NCBI RefSeq assembly: GCF_001194135.2
Contig: NC_068982.1
Coordinates: forward strand, 129,558,597 to 129,622,596
Reading direction: 5' to 3'
Source of the DNA: Octopus bimaculoides
Taxonomy: Eukaryota
DNA: 64,000 nt
The notes beneath the pieces were generated by a model that had not been told where the DNA came from, made no database searches, and worked only from the letters and a program-made list of their open reading frames with translations. This document shows positions 1-10,399 of this stretch, one piece after another (within the stretch, counting starts at the first letter, position 1; each line of letters begins with the position of its first letter). Both the position numbers and the translations under genes were made by a program.

Positions 1-10
1 AATATTCTTT

Positions 11-207
11 TCTACTCTTGGCACAATGCCCAAAATTTTTGGGGAAGGAGGGGGGGGCAATTAGATCAACCCCAGTATGCAACTGGTACTTAATTTATTG
101 ACCCTGAAAGGATGAAAGGCAAAGTCGACCTCAGCGGAGTTTGAACTCAGAACATAAAGACAGACGAAATACCTGGTGTGCCAATGATTCTGCCAGCTAG
201 CTGCCTT
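11..207 (+). mobile_element. SINE copy with GGTACTT..ATCGACCCCGAAAGGATGAAAGGCAAAGTCGACC core (Nin/Meta-type core; family name not verified)
   Basis: The same ~200-nt body recurs at 8278, 19312, 22263, 29872(-), 45085 and 55370. Confidence 0.8.
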
Positions 208-224
208 AGAGGAATATTATTGTG

Positions 225-660
225 CAAGAGTAAGGCCCTATACCATTCTTTGAATCTATATTTACACATCAGCTGTGATGAACTGGTCATATTGTGCAAA
301 TGCTCATCATCAGCTTCCAAAAACAATTGTCTATGCAGGAAAACATATGAAGAGGGCAAAGGAAGTGGTATCTAGATGTACTGAAAGGAAATTCACACAG
401 GTATCAATGTGTACAAGTTTGTGTCTTTTCATAAATAACTGACACAAGTGGAAACAGAGATTAGTTTCAGCCTTTCAGGGTCATAAAAGAAAAAAATCTA
501 GGGTAGTGGAATGGCAAAAATGTTAGAACGAATAATCACTAAGCTTCCCTTCTGACGATCTAACAGCAAAACCTGCAACAACACTGGTGACAAGTTGTAT
601 TGGGCCTAAAGTGGTGGCCTTCCCCACAGACTACATCAATGATGTATATAAGAAATTTGA
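225..660 (+). mobile_element. Highly decayed LINE RT C-terminal remnant (CR1/L2-like)
   Basis: Fragmentary YKAL..IL, LE..Q and Y.E-like peptides with stops and frameshifts. Confidence 0.35.
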
Positions 661-721
661 AGATTATTTTTTTTAATTATCTCTCAGTAACAACATCAGG
701 AGTTTGCCTTAAAATTTTCAC

Positions 722-1911
722 TTCATAAATAGCAAGTTAGTTTTTGTTTGTGGCAGATGTTCAGGTGCAATAAAGACTGTAAACAAACAGGAAACAACTT
801 CTATCTCATTCCAGGGTGAAAAACTAGAGGTAGTCGATAGCTTCCGCTATCTGGGCGACCAAGTTAGTAGTGGGGGTGGGTGCGCTGAAAGTGTAGCTGC
901 TAGAATAAGAATAGCCTGGGCAAAGTTTAGAGAGCTCTTACCCCTGCTGGCGACAAAGGGACTCTCACTCAGAGTAAAAGGCAGACTGTATGACGCATGC
1001 GTACGAACGACCATGCTACATGGCAGTGAAACATGGGCTGTANNNNNNNNNNNNNNNNNNNNNNNNNNNNNNNNNNNNNNNNNNNNNNNNNNNNNNNNNN
1101 NNNNNNNNNNNNNNNNNNNNNNNNNNNNNNNNNNNNNNNNNNNNNNNNNNNNNNNNNNNNNNNNNNNNNNNNNNNNNNNNNNNNNNNNNNNNNNNNNNNN
1201 NNNNNNNNNNNNNNNNNNNNNNNNNNNNNNNNNNNNNNNNNNNNNNNNNNNNNNNNNNNNNNNNNNNNNNNNNNNNNNNNNNNNNNNNNNNNNNNNNNNN
1301 NNNNNNNNNNNNNNNNNNNNNNNNNNNNNNNNNNNNNNNNNNNNNNNNNNNNNNNNNNNNNNNNNNNNNNNNNNNNNNNNNNNNNNNNNNNNNNNNNNNN
1401 NNNNNNNNNNNNNNNNNNNNNNNNNNNNNNNNNNNNNNNNNNNNNNNNNNNNNNNNNNNNNNNNNNNNNNNNNNNNNNNNNNNNNNNNNNNNNNNNNNNN
1501 NNNNNNNNNNNNNNNNNNNNNNNNNNNNNNNNNNNNNNNNNNNNNNNNNNNNNNNNNNNNNNNNNNNNNNNNNNNNNNNNNNNNNNNNNNNNNNNNNNNN
1601 NNNNNNNNNNNNNNNNNNNNNNNNNNNNNNNNNNNNNNNNNNNNNNNNNNNNNNNNNNNNNNNNNNNNNNNNNNNNNNNNNNNNNNNNNNNNAAAAGACA
1701 CCATTTCGAGCGTGGCCGTTTTCGTGCGGGTGACACGTAAAAGCACCCACTACACTCTCTGAGTGGTTGGCGTTAGGAAGGGCATCCAGCTGTAGAAACT
1801 CTGCCAAATCAGACTGGAGCCTGGTGTTGCCATCCGGTTTCACCAGTACTCAGTCAAATCGTCCAACCCATGCTAGCATGGAAAGCGGACGTTAAACGAT
1901 GATGATGATGA
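722..1911 (+). mobile_element. 5'-truncated RTE-clade LINE: RT C-terminus plus 3' tail, interrupted by an N gap
   Basis: Open frame 731-1042 reads ...LEVVDSFRYLGD...RIRIAWAKFREL...LYDACVRTTMLHGSETWAV. The 3' tail after the gap ends in (GAT)n and is shared with many short copies. Confidence 0.9.
1043..1692. other. Assembly gap (650 N)
   Basis: N run. Other gaps: 5964-5973, 12784-13194, 19796-20173, 44974-44983, 46243-46295. Confidence 1.
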
Positions 1912-3277
1912 AATAGAATGTTCATATGTCTGATTTTACATCCATCTTTCCAGAGCTTACATGATATATTTAAAACAGAATTATTATGCAATCGTTAGAC
2001 ATCAAACTGCATCACTTCAATATTGAAAAATGTAAAGATCTGCTAGAAATAAAAAACAGGCTATACAAAAATATATTACTGAAGTATTGTTCTGCAGCCA
2101 GATGCCCTTCCTGCCATTAATTCTTTTTTATCTTTTTAGGAAGGGATGTCTTATTTTACATGTTTTGCTAGCTTGGGTTGGACGATTTGACTGAGGACTG
2201 GTGAAACCAGATGGCTACACCAGGCTCCAATCTGAAGTGAGCAGACAATTTGTTGAAAGTGACACCAGTAATACTGCTCGGAGCTTACATAGAGCACAAA
2301 TGTAAACAAACACAGGCTCACGTGTGTATGTGTGTGTAATATGCATATGACTGGCTTCCTTCAGTTTCCATCTACTCTAGCCCTAAATTAACTAAAGCCC
2401 AAGGTGCCATGCACTGAGATTGAAACCAACCCACAGCTAAGCTTGCCTCTATTATGAGTGAGAAATCATTCATCTTTTGAACATGTAAAAATATATAATG
2501 GGAAGTGTGTCTGTAAGTTTCAATAAAAAAAGAAAATGTTCGACTTCACCTTAATTCATATGTATCTAATAATATTATAAGGTACAGGCATGAACTACAC
2601 AGTCGAGAAGTTTACATATTTTCAGGTTCAGTCTTACTGTGGTACTTTGAGCAAGTGTTTTCTACTCTAGCCTTGGGTTGACTAAAGCCTGGTGAGTGGA
2701 TCTAGCAGACAGAAACTGGAAGAAGCCTGTAGTGTATATATATATGATGGACTCTACTGTCAAAGATGACATATGAGCGTTCAACTTTTGCTGAATGGCC
2801 TCCACAAATGTATGTGCTGTACATTAGCTTACTCCTTCCATCAAATCAACATTACCTGAACAGGTACACAGTGTACCACACATCAGGTGGTAAAGTGTTT
2901 TGGTCAAGAATGCACCACCCAGTCTAGGAATTGAAACTAAGATCTCGCTGTCATGAGTGCAACACCCTAACAACTAGGCCATGTGTTGACACTATATATT
3001 GACATGAGTGCGTATCTCCTTATCTTGATATGATGTGACAGTTGTGTCAGTGTTGAGCAAGCAGTGCCCTTCATTTCCAATTCTCTGTAAAAACATCTGG
3101 ACATGGGAAAATATTACTTTATTTGGAAAAAGTGATTAGTGACAGGAAGGGCATCCAGGCATGGAAAATCTTTCTCCACAAATTCCCTCTGGCCCATGCA
3201 AACATAAAAAAAGGGGACGTTTTAGATGTTGAGATCTATTGTTTGAAGAGTTTAATAATTATTTAAAACATATTTAC

Positions 3278-3502
3278 CCTATGAGGCACAATAGCAGAAA
3301 ATTTTACATGTAGATGGGCAGAAAACCAGTATGTTGGTTGAAGGATGTAAAGAAGTTCCTCAGCAGGTGGACTACCTAATGTGTTAGTCTCAATGTCATT
3401 TTCCAGAAATTTCTTCTTTCGAAGGAGATCTTTGAGATCCCCATATTTATGAATTCCACGTGGCCAATCATGTGATAACATTATATCAACATGCCGCTTG
3501 AT
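3278..3502 (-). CDS. DBR1: DBR1 coding exon 5 (225 nt): [16 protein letters not shown]...[33 protein letters not shown]
   Basis: SHDWP and WFSAHLH metal-ligand motifs. Acceptor tttacag at 3503, donor gtaaat at 3277, phase 0/0. Confidence 0.97.
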
Positions 3503-3690
3503 CTGTAAATAGATACAATTACATAAATTGTTTAGTGACAGCTTTCTATAATGAAATCTTAAAAAGAAAATTTAAATAAGCAGCAGTTTAAAACATTTTA
3601 GTTCTGACATTATTTTTTTTCTTTTCTTTTGAAAGATATAGGAATAAATTTAAAAGCTATCTTAATGATCATTCTCTATCTTAAAATTAC

Positions 3691-3776
3691 CTGTTTCATT
3701 CGGAAAAATTCTAAGTTCCGAACATGGTAGACAGATCGTTTTGTCTCTTCTGTGTAAGGTGGATGTTCATAATGGC
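3691..3776 (-). CDS. DBR1: DBR1 coding exon 4 (86 nt): (G)HYEHPPYTEETKRSVYHVRNLEFFRMKQ
   Basis: Matches the DBR1 GH.E.PPY...RS.YHVR motif. tgtag acceptor, gtaatt donor, phases compatible with neighbouring exons. Confidence 0.96.
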
Positions 3777-4752
3777 CTACAATATGAGAATGACAAAATT
3801 CATTGATTTTGATCACAAAATGATATATTTAAAACACAATTATCATGCAATAGTTAGACATCAAACTGCATCGCTTTAATATAGAAAAATGTAAAGATCT
3901 ACTAGAAATAAAAACTGTGGATCTCAAATAAATTTAAAGTTTCAGATTCTAACTTTTGAGTCAAGGTATTAAACTATTGCAATTCATACCATCCTATTGC
4001 CTTCTTACTATGAATATTTTCTGTTGTTATCTACTGACATCTTTCATTGTTTCCTAAAAATTCAGCCCTTGCATTAGACTCAAAATGTACAGTAAAGAGA
4101 TTACGAAATATACTTAGCAACTTAATACAATCTTACATTATTTGATTCTACTGGCAGCAACCAATCTGCCATTGCTGTAGCATTTGCTAACTTAAAATGT
4201 TTTATTAACAAATAACTTTTTGAAAAAAAAAACCTGTGATGAAATTCCTCCAAAAGCAGAGTAATCAATTTTCACCATTGTAAGGCCAAATGGAAGTAAC
4301 AAAATCTGAATATTTTTGTTTCTATATTTAATGCTTCACCTTTCAAGGTTATTACAAGGACAGAAATAATTTGGTTAAGTTCAGCATTTGAAGAAGATTG
4401 GATTAGAACAATCCAAAATGGCAGAGATACAGGACATCTCGGAAAGATGAAAGTCTCCTCAACAGGGAAAACACAGTAAAGAAGATGACGATAGTTAGAA
4501 ATGTTTGGGAGAGAAGCTACAGATAATATCAGAAGGATGAGGAACAGAGTAGATTATATATAGTCACAGAAACCATTTTGTGCAAAGAGTACAACATTCA
4601 ATGATGATGATGATGATGATGAGTACAATTAAGACACAGAATATGAGGTTTACTAGTTAACAGGTGAGGGATTAAGTCAGATAGGGAGGGAAAAAATTCC
4701 TTGCATGTTTTTATATTAATGTTGGAAAATTATTATATCAATGTAGTTTTAC

Positions 4753-4833
4753 CTCTATAAAAATCTTGCCCTTTATAAATCCCTGATAATCCACCAATAC
4801 GGACACCACCAAACTGAACAATAGAAGCATAAC
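4753..4833 (-). CDS. DBR1: DBR1 coding exon 3 (81 nt): (G)YASIVQFGGVRIGGLSGIYKGQDFYR
   Basis: RIGG.SGI.K motif. ttatag acceptor, gtaaaa donor, phase 1/1. Confidence 0.96.
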
Positions 4834-5010
4834 CTATAACAGAAAACAAAACCACTGCATGACAAATTAAGTTATCTTTACACTCTTCAGCCATTTTATC
4901 TAGTTCAGTATTGTCAAACAGTTACTGAATATTTAAGTAAAAAAATAACCCTGAAATATAATCATATGAAGCCCAGACAAAGAGACATGAGAACTTTCAC
5001 ACACACACAC

Positions 5011-5164
5011 ATGATGGACTTTTAGTTCGTACCTACCAAATTCACTCACAAGGCTTTTGGTTGGCTCAAGGCTATTGTAGAAAACACTTACCCAAGGTGC
5101 TGCACGGTGGGACTGAACTTGAGACCATGTGGTTGGGAGATGAACTTCACCACATGGCTATACC
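5011..5164 (-). mobile_element. tRNA-derived SINE head fragment
   Basis: Reverse complement of the head seen at 6563 and 24834. Confidence 0.75.
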
Positions 5165-5653
5165 TTTTCATTTTAGTGAACAATTCCTAGCCATGACTTT
5201 CTGGTGGAAAGTATAGAGAGTAATTGCCAAGAGACTATGTGTAGTTAGAATCATGTAGAAGCTATTGTGACTAAAGTGGTAATTTTTCATTCACAGAACA
5301 TATTAAGTTATAAATATTTTTTGAATTTATCACTTCATCTTGAATGTGCCCATGCATACATGCAGAAGTATTATGTTATGTTGACTAACACTTCAACTTA
5401 TATGATTCATTACTGCATGTCAGAGTGTGCAGCCAGGCAGAGGTAAGTACAAATATCTGTAGGTTGTGTTTAGTCATTTGGCCAACTGTCTTTCATGCCA
5501 CAGATCTGCTTGATCACAGCTGACCTGGCACTACACAACACCACAAACAAATTGAAAGAGTTGAAAATAAAAACAAATTTGATATCAAAATATAAACAAT
5601 AACTGGTAATAGTTTCTTTAGTAATAACATGACTGATTGAATCATTAACTTAC

Positions 5654-5778
5654 CGAGATAATAAATATTTGGAGCCAACCAGCCACCATAAGGTAATTCT
5701 TGCATGTAATTGGAGGCTTCATGATTCCCTCCAATGATAATTGTGAGAACTGGAGCAACTTTTTCCCCGTTATAATAC
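5654..5778 (-). CDS. DBR1: DBR1 coding exon 2 (125 nt): [41 protein letters not shown]
   Basis: GNHE metallophosphoesterase motif. ctctag acceptor, gtaagt donor. Confidence 0.98.
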
Positions 5779-6109
5779 CTAGAGAAAGAGTATTAACATC
5801 AATAATTCACAATCCAAAATGGCTAACTGTTTTTAAATTGAAGACTAGGAAGCAAAACTTGATGCAAATTTTAAGAAAAGTATTTCTAATGATGTACTCA
5901 GTATCATAATTCTAGAAAGTAAGTAAAACTATTGGTAAATATTTCTCAACGTTTTTTTTTTTTNNNNNNNNNNTTTTTTTTTTTTTAGTTGCAATTAAAA
6001 AAATATGATATACTTATTAACTTAAGAGTGCTTATATTCAATGTAAATTTTTATGTCCTCAGAAAAATCTAATGATTAGTATTTTAAAACAACAAAAATA
6101 AGTACATAC

Positions 6110-6306
6110 TTATAAAATGAATTCATTTTTTGAAATTTCTTTGGTACAGCCATACATTTCATATCACTTTCATATCTGACAGCTTGAAAATCACCACAAA
6201 TTAAGAGTAGGTCAACCTTGATGTTTTCTTTCTTTTCAATATGCTGAATAGTTTCATAAATTTTGTCCAGCTCCCCATGAGCACAACCCTCAACAGCAAT
6301 CTTCAT
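6110..6306 (-). CDS. DBR1: DBR1 coding exon 1 (197 coding nt): [19 protein letters not shown]...CGDFQAVR...[15 protein letters not shown]
   Basis: GC.HG and GDFQ motifs, gtatgt donor at 6109. An acceptor at 6325-6327 implies an upstream non-coding exon. Confidence 0.98.
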
Positions 6307-6562
6307 TTTTATGTCAGACCAAAGCTGAAAAAGAAAATGAAAAGATTGTTATATTCATAACAACTTTTATCTTTTATTTGTTTCAGTCACTAGGCTGTGG
6401 CCATGCTGGAGCACTACCTTGAAGAATTTTAGTTGAGCGAATTGACTCCAGCACTTAGGTTTTTAATTTACTGAACCACTAATTTATAGGGACATAAACA
6501 CACCAACACTGGTCGTCAAGAGGGGGGGAACAAACACAGACACAAAAACATGTGTATATATA

Positions 6563-6942
6563 GGCGTAGGAGTGGCTGTATGGTAAGTAGCTTGCTTACC
6601 AACCACATGGTTCTGGGTTCAGTCCCACTGCGTGGCACTTTGGGCAAGTGTCTTATACTATAGCCTCAGGTCGACCAAAGTCTTGTGAGTGGATTTGGTA
6701 GACGGAAACTGATAGAAGCCCGTCGTATATATATATGTGTGTGTGTGTTTGCCCCCCAACATCGCTTGGCAACCGATGGTGGTGTGTTTCCGTCCCCGTA
6801 ACTTAGCGGTTCGGCAAAAGAGACCGATAGAATAAGTACTAGGCTTCCAAAGAATAAGTCCTGGAATCGATTTGCTTGACTAAAGGCGGTGCTCCAGCAT
6901 GGCCACAGTCAAATGACTGAAACAAGTAAAAGAGTAAAGAGT
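6563..6942 (+). mobile_element. Full-length tRNA-derived SINE (CORE-like CTTGGGCAAGTGTC segment, internal TA/TG microsatellite)
   Basis: A-box/B-box-like head. A near-identical copy lies at 24834-25225. Confidence 0.88.
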
Positions 6943-6943
6943 A

Positions 6944-7225
6944 TCATCGTTTAACGTCTGCCTTCCATGCTAGCTTGGGTTGGACGATTTGACTGAGAAC
7001 TGGCGAAATAGAAGGCTGCACCAGACTCCAATCTGATCTGGCAGAGTTTCTACAGCTGGATGCTCTTCCTAACGCCAACCACTCCAAGAGTGTAGTGGGT
7101 GCTTTTACATACCACCGGCACGAGTGCCAGTCAGGCGGTACTGGCAACAGCCATGCTCAAAATGGTGTTTTTTACGTGCCACCTGCACAGGAGCCAGTCC
7201 AATGGCACTGGCAACGACCTCAGCA
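6944..7225 (-). mobile_element. Short element carrying the RTE 3' tail and GTGGCACGTAAAA modules
   Basis: Same tail as the RTE LINE at 1693-1911. Confidence 0.85.
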
Positions 7226-7226
7226 C

Positions 7227-7393
7227 AATAGGCTTCTTTCAACCTCCAGCTAGCACCAAATCCACTCACAAGGCTTTGGTCAACCCAACTCTATAGCAGA
7301 AGACACTTGCCCAAGGTGCCATGCATTGGGATTGAACCTGGAACCATGTGGTTGGGAAGCAAGTTTCTTACCAAACAGCCATGCCTGTGCCTA
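7227..7393 (-). mobile_element. tRNA-derived SINE head
   Basis: Reverse complement of the 6563-6720 segment. Confidence 0.8.
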
Positions 7394-8277
7394 TAACTGA
7401 TATTTCTTTTCTATAACAGAAATTTTTGTTTCATTTCTTTGAGAGGATACATTCAAATAGTTTTCTTTTTGCTTGCACCAGTGACATAGGCAGAAAGCTA
7501 ACAGAGCAATTAGACCGGAGTCTTTTGGATACAGATATAGTTTAAGATAGATGGCAGAAGAACTATCAACTAACTCCACAATAATTGTGTGAAAAATTCG
7601 TGTGTCTTGTGTTGATAAGAAAGAGAGAAAACTAAGGTTGGATTTTCTTTGAGACTGATTTAATTGTGAATAAAATAATCAATAAAAAGCTAAGAAACCA
7701 GAAGGTGCATGGTCTAGTGATTAGGGTGTTGGCACTCGTGATTAGGGTGTTGGCACTCGTGATCAAGAGATCATAGTTTTGGCTGCCAGACCAGCTGTGC
7801 ATTATGTTCTTAAGCAAAACACTTCATTTCATCTTGCTTCAGTCCACTCAGCTGTAAATGGGTAACCTTGTGATGAATTGGTGTACAAAGGTGAGATGGT
7901 GACTCAAGAAAATCACCTGAATGGCGGTCTTGTGAGCCATCTTTTTCTGAATCTGTGATTAAAAGGGTGAATAGTACCTGTACTGTGAATCCTGGCTGGT
8001 TGAGATTGGTTGTTCAACTACGTTGAAGGAGAACGATAAGTTTCCTGTATTGCCAACTAATTCAGAAAATACAGGCATGGCCATGTGGTTAAGAAATTTG
8101 CATTGCAACCATGTGGTTCTGGCTTTGATCCCATGACAGCATCTTTTATGGTAGCTTTAAATTCTGTGAGTGGAATTTGGTAGCTGGAAACTGTGCAGAA
8201 TCATGTGTGTATGTATGTGTGTGTTTGTGTGAATATACATATACACACACATATACATTTATATATATATATATACT

Positions 8278-8488
8278 TTTCTACTCTAGGCACGAGACCC
8301 AAAATTTTGGGAGAGGGGGCCAGTTGATTAGATCAACCCAGTATGCAACTTGTACTTAATCTATTGACCCTGAAAGGATAAAAGGCAAAGTCGACGTCGG
8401 TGGAATTTGAACTCAGAACATAAAGACAGATGAAATACCGCTAAGCATTTTGCCCGGCATGCTAGCGATTCTGTTAGCTTGCTGCCTT
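8278..8488 (+). mobile_element. Nin/Meta-type core SINE copy
   Basis: Similar to 11-207. Confidence 0.82.
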
Positions 8489-10399
8489 ACATACATACAC
8501 ACATATATATATATTAGTCCCACCCATGCTAGCATGGAAGGCGGATGTTAAAAGAACCTGGAACCATGTGGTTGGTAAGCAAGCTACTTACCACACAGCC
8601 ACTCCTGCACCTATATATATATATATAGACAGCTATGCTACATGGTAGAACATAGGACCCTTTATTTTTCAGAGCCTCTGAAACTGGTGGGAGAAAAGGA
8701 GGAAGATATTCTTAAATCAGGCCCAAATGTTTGCATCTGAGTGAACTCTTAGTAATGATACTGCAGGATCAGATGGTGGTGTTAAACTGGGCAATGGATC
8801 AAGTCTATAAACCAAAACCTCAGAATGCAAAGGGCTCAAACAAACACCACAAGACATCTTGTTCTATGCACTAACAATTCTGTTAATTCCCACAACTTCA
8901 GGCTGGTTTTATTTTATCAATTCTGAATGGATGAAACGTAAAGTTAACTTTAGCGAGATTTGAAATCTCCCTAAAAAGCTGAAGCAAATGATTCACATGG
9001 TGAAAGAGGAAACATGTTACCTAAAAAATACCAACAAACTTCAACAGAACAAGCTACATTTAGTCAAAATATATTTTGAATAAACTAGCCGCCTTACTTT
9101 AATACTGATATCGTCTTGTTATTAAACACAGTATAGTCATAAGAGATATCTTCAGATGAATGCCACAGTTAATTTGGCCTTTTGTATTTGCATTCACTAT
9201 GATGCACTGGTGGTTATTTTATAGTGTACATGAAGGGGAATTTAAAAAAAATCATTGAATGTAATTTGGGAAGGAATAATCAGACTAATAAGCAGAATTA
9301 GTAGCAAATAATTATACTAATTATATAAGAGAAGCTACACAAATAAGACTAATAACTGATGAGAGAATGTATTACTTTTATATATATATATATATATTGT
9401 TTTGTAAAAATTACTACAAAATAAACACTGTGTGAACATGACAGTTTTCAGAAAAGAGAAAACAGCATTTCTAATTCACAAAACAAAATGAGATGGTAAA
9501 ACAGGTGATGCAAGGGAAAATATGTGCTGATGTGTGGTTAATCAGGTTAATTAAATTCATATATGGAGCTTAATTAAAACAGAATAAATAGGATTTAGGA
9601 CACTAATTTCTGTTTTTTCTTACTTGTATTTTTGTATTGTAATTCCTAACGACAGAATTCAAGACAATTCTTATGATAATTTCTATTAACAGTAAACTGG
9701 TTCTAACTGCAAAATGATAGCTAAGTGTATTAGTTCATTAGAATTTATGGCATAGTAAATCAACAAATTTACTGAGGACTTTATTCTATCTTTTCTAGGT
9801 AGCATGAGGTAGATCAAACTTACTCGGGTTTATAACATGTTGGATCATATATTTAGAGAACGTACATAACCATTGTAGATGGATCTTGCCACACTACACA
9901 TTGTCTCAGACTTGTAAAAAATAAAAATAACAGTAAAAATTTGAAGCCAAGTAGAGCAAGGTCAATGACTGCGTGAGTAAACAGTTACCATTTCCACATC
10001 TTGTAAGCACAGTGCTTACATGTTGTAGGTTCCAGTTCAACTTGTTGCTTGCTAATTTTCTTTTGTTTGATTGTGCTAGCTGGTCGTTTTATTGAATTGC
10101 TAGATAAAATTCTTTAGAAGTTATTAAAAAGAATGATATAGACTATAGACTGAAAAAAAAAAAAAAGCTTCGAAACGGTTAGGTGGCCAAAAAATAATTT
10201 TGCCCATCTTAAGGAATGACAAATGTCACAAATAGCATTACGAATCATCTTCTAAAGATGTGTGTGGTGTGTGAGAGAGAGAGAGAGAGTGTGTGTGTGT
10301 GTGTGTGTGTGTGAACATGGTCTTCCCCTCTTATAACAAATTTTTGTGAAAAATGATCCAAAGTTGCATATGTTTGAGCATTACTTTCAAAAATAAATC

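Noticed and set aside
847-1843. Long ORFs in the track across N gaps (also 12625-13309 and 19735-20328)
   Set aside because: Artefacts of translating N runs.
6563-6640. tRNA-like sequences at SINE heads (also 20243, 24834, 34154)
   Set aside because: No complete cloverleaf or acceptor stem; each continues into a repeat body, so these are not tRNA genes.
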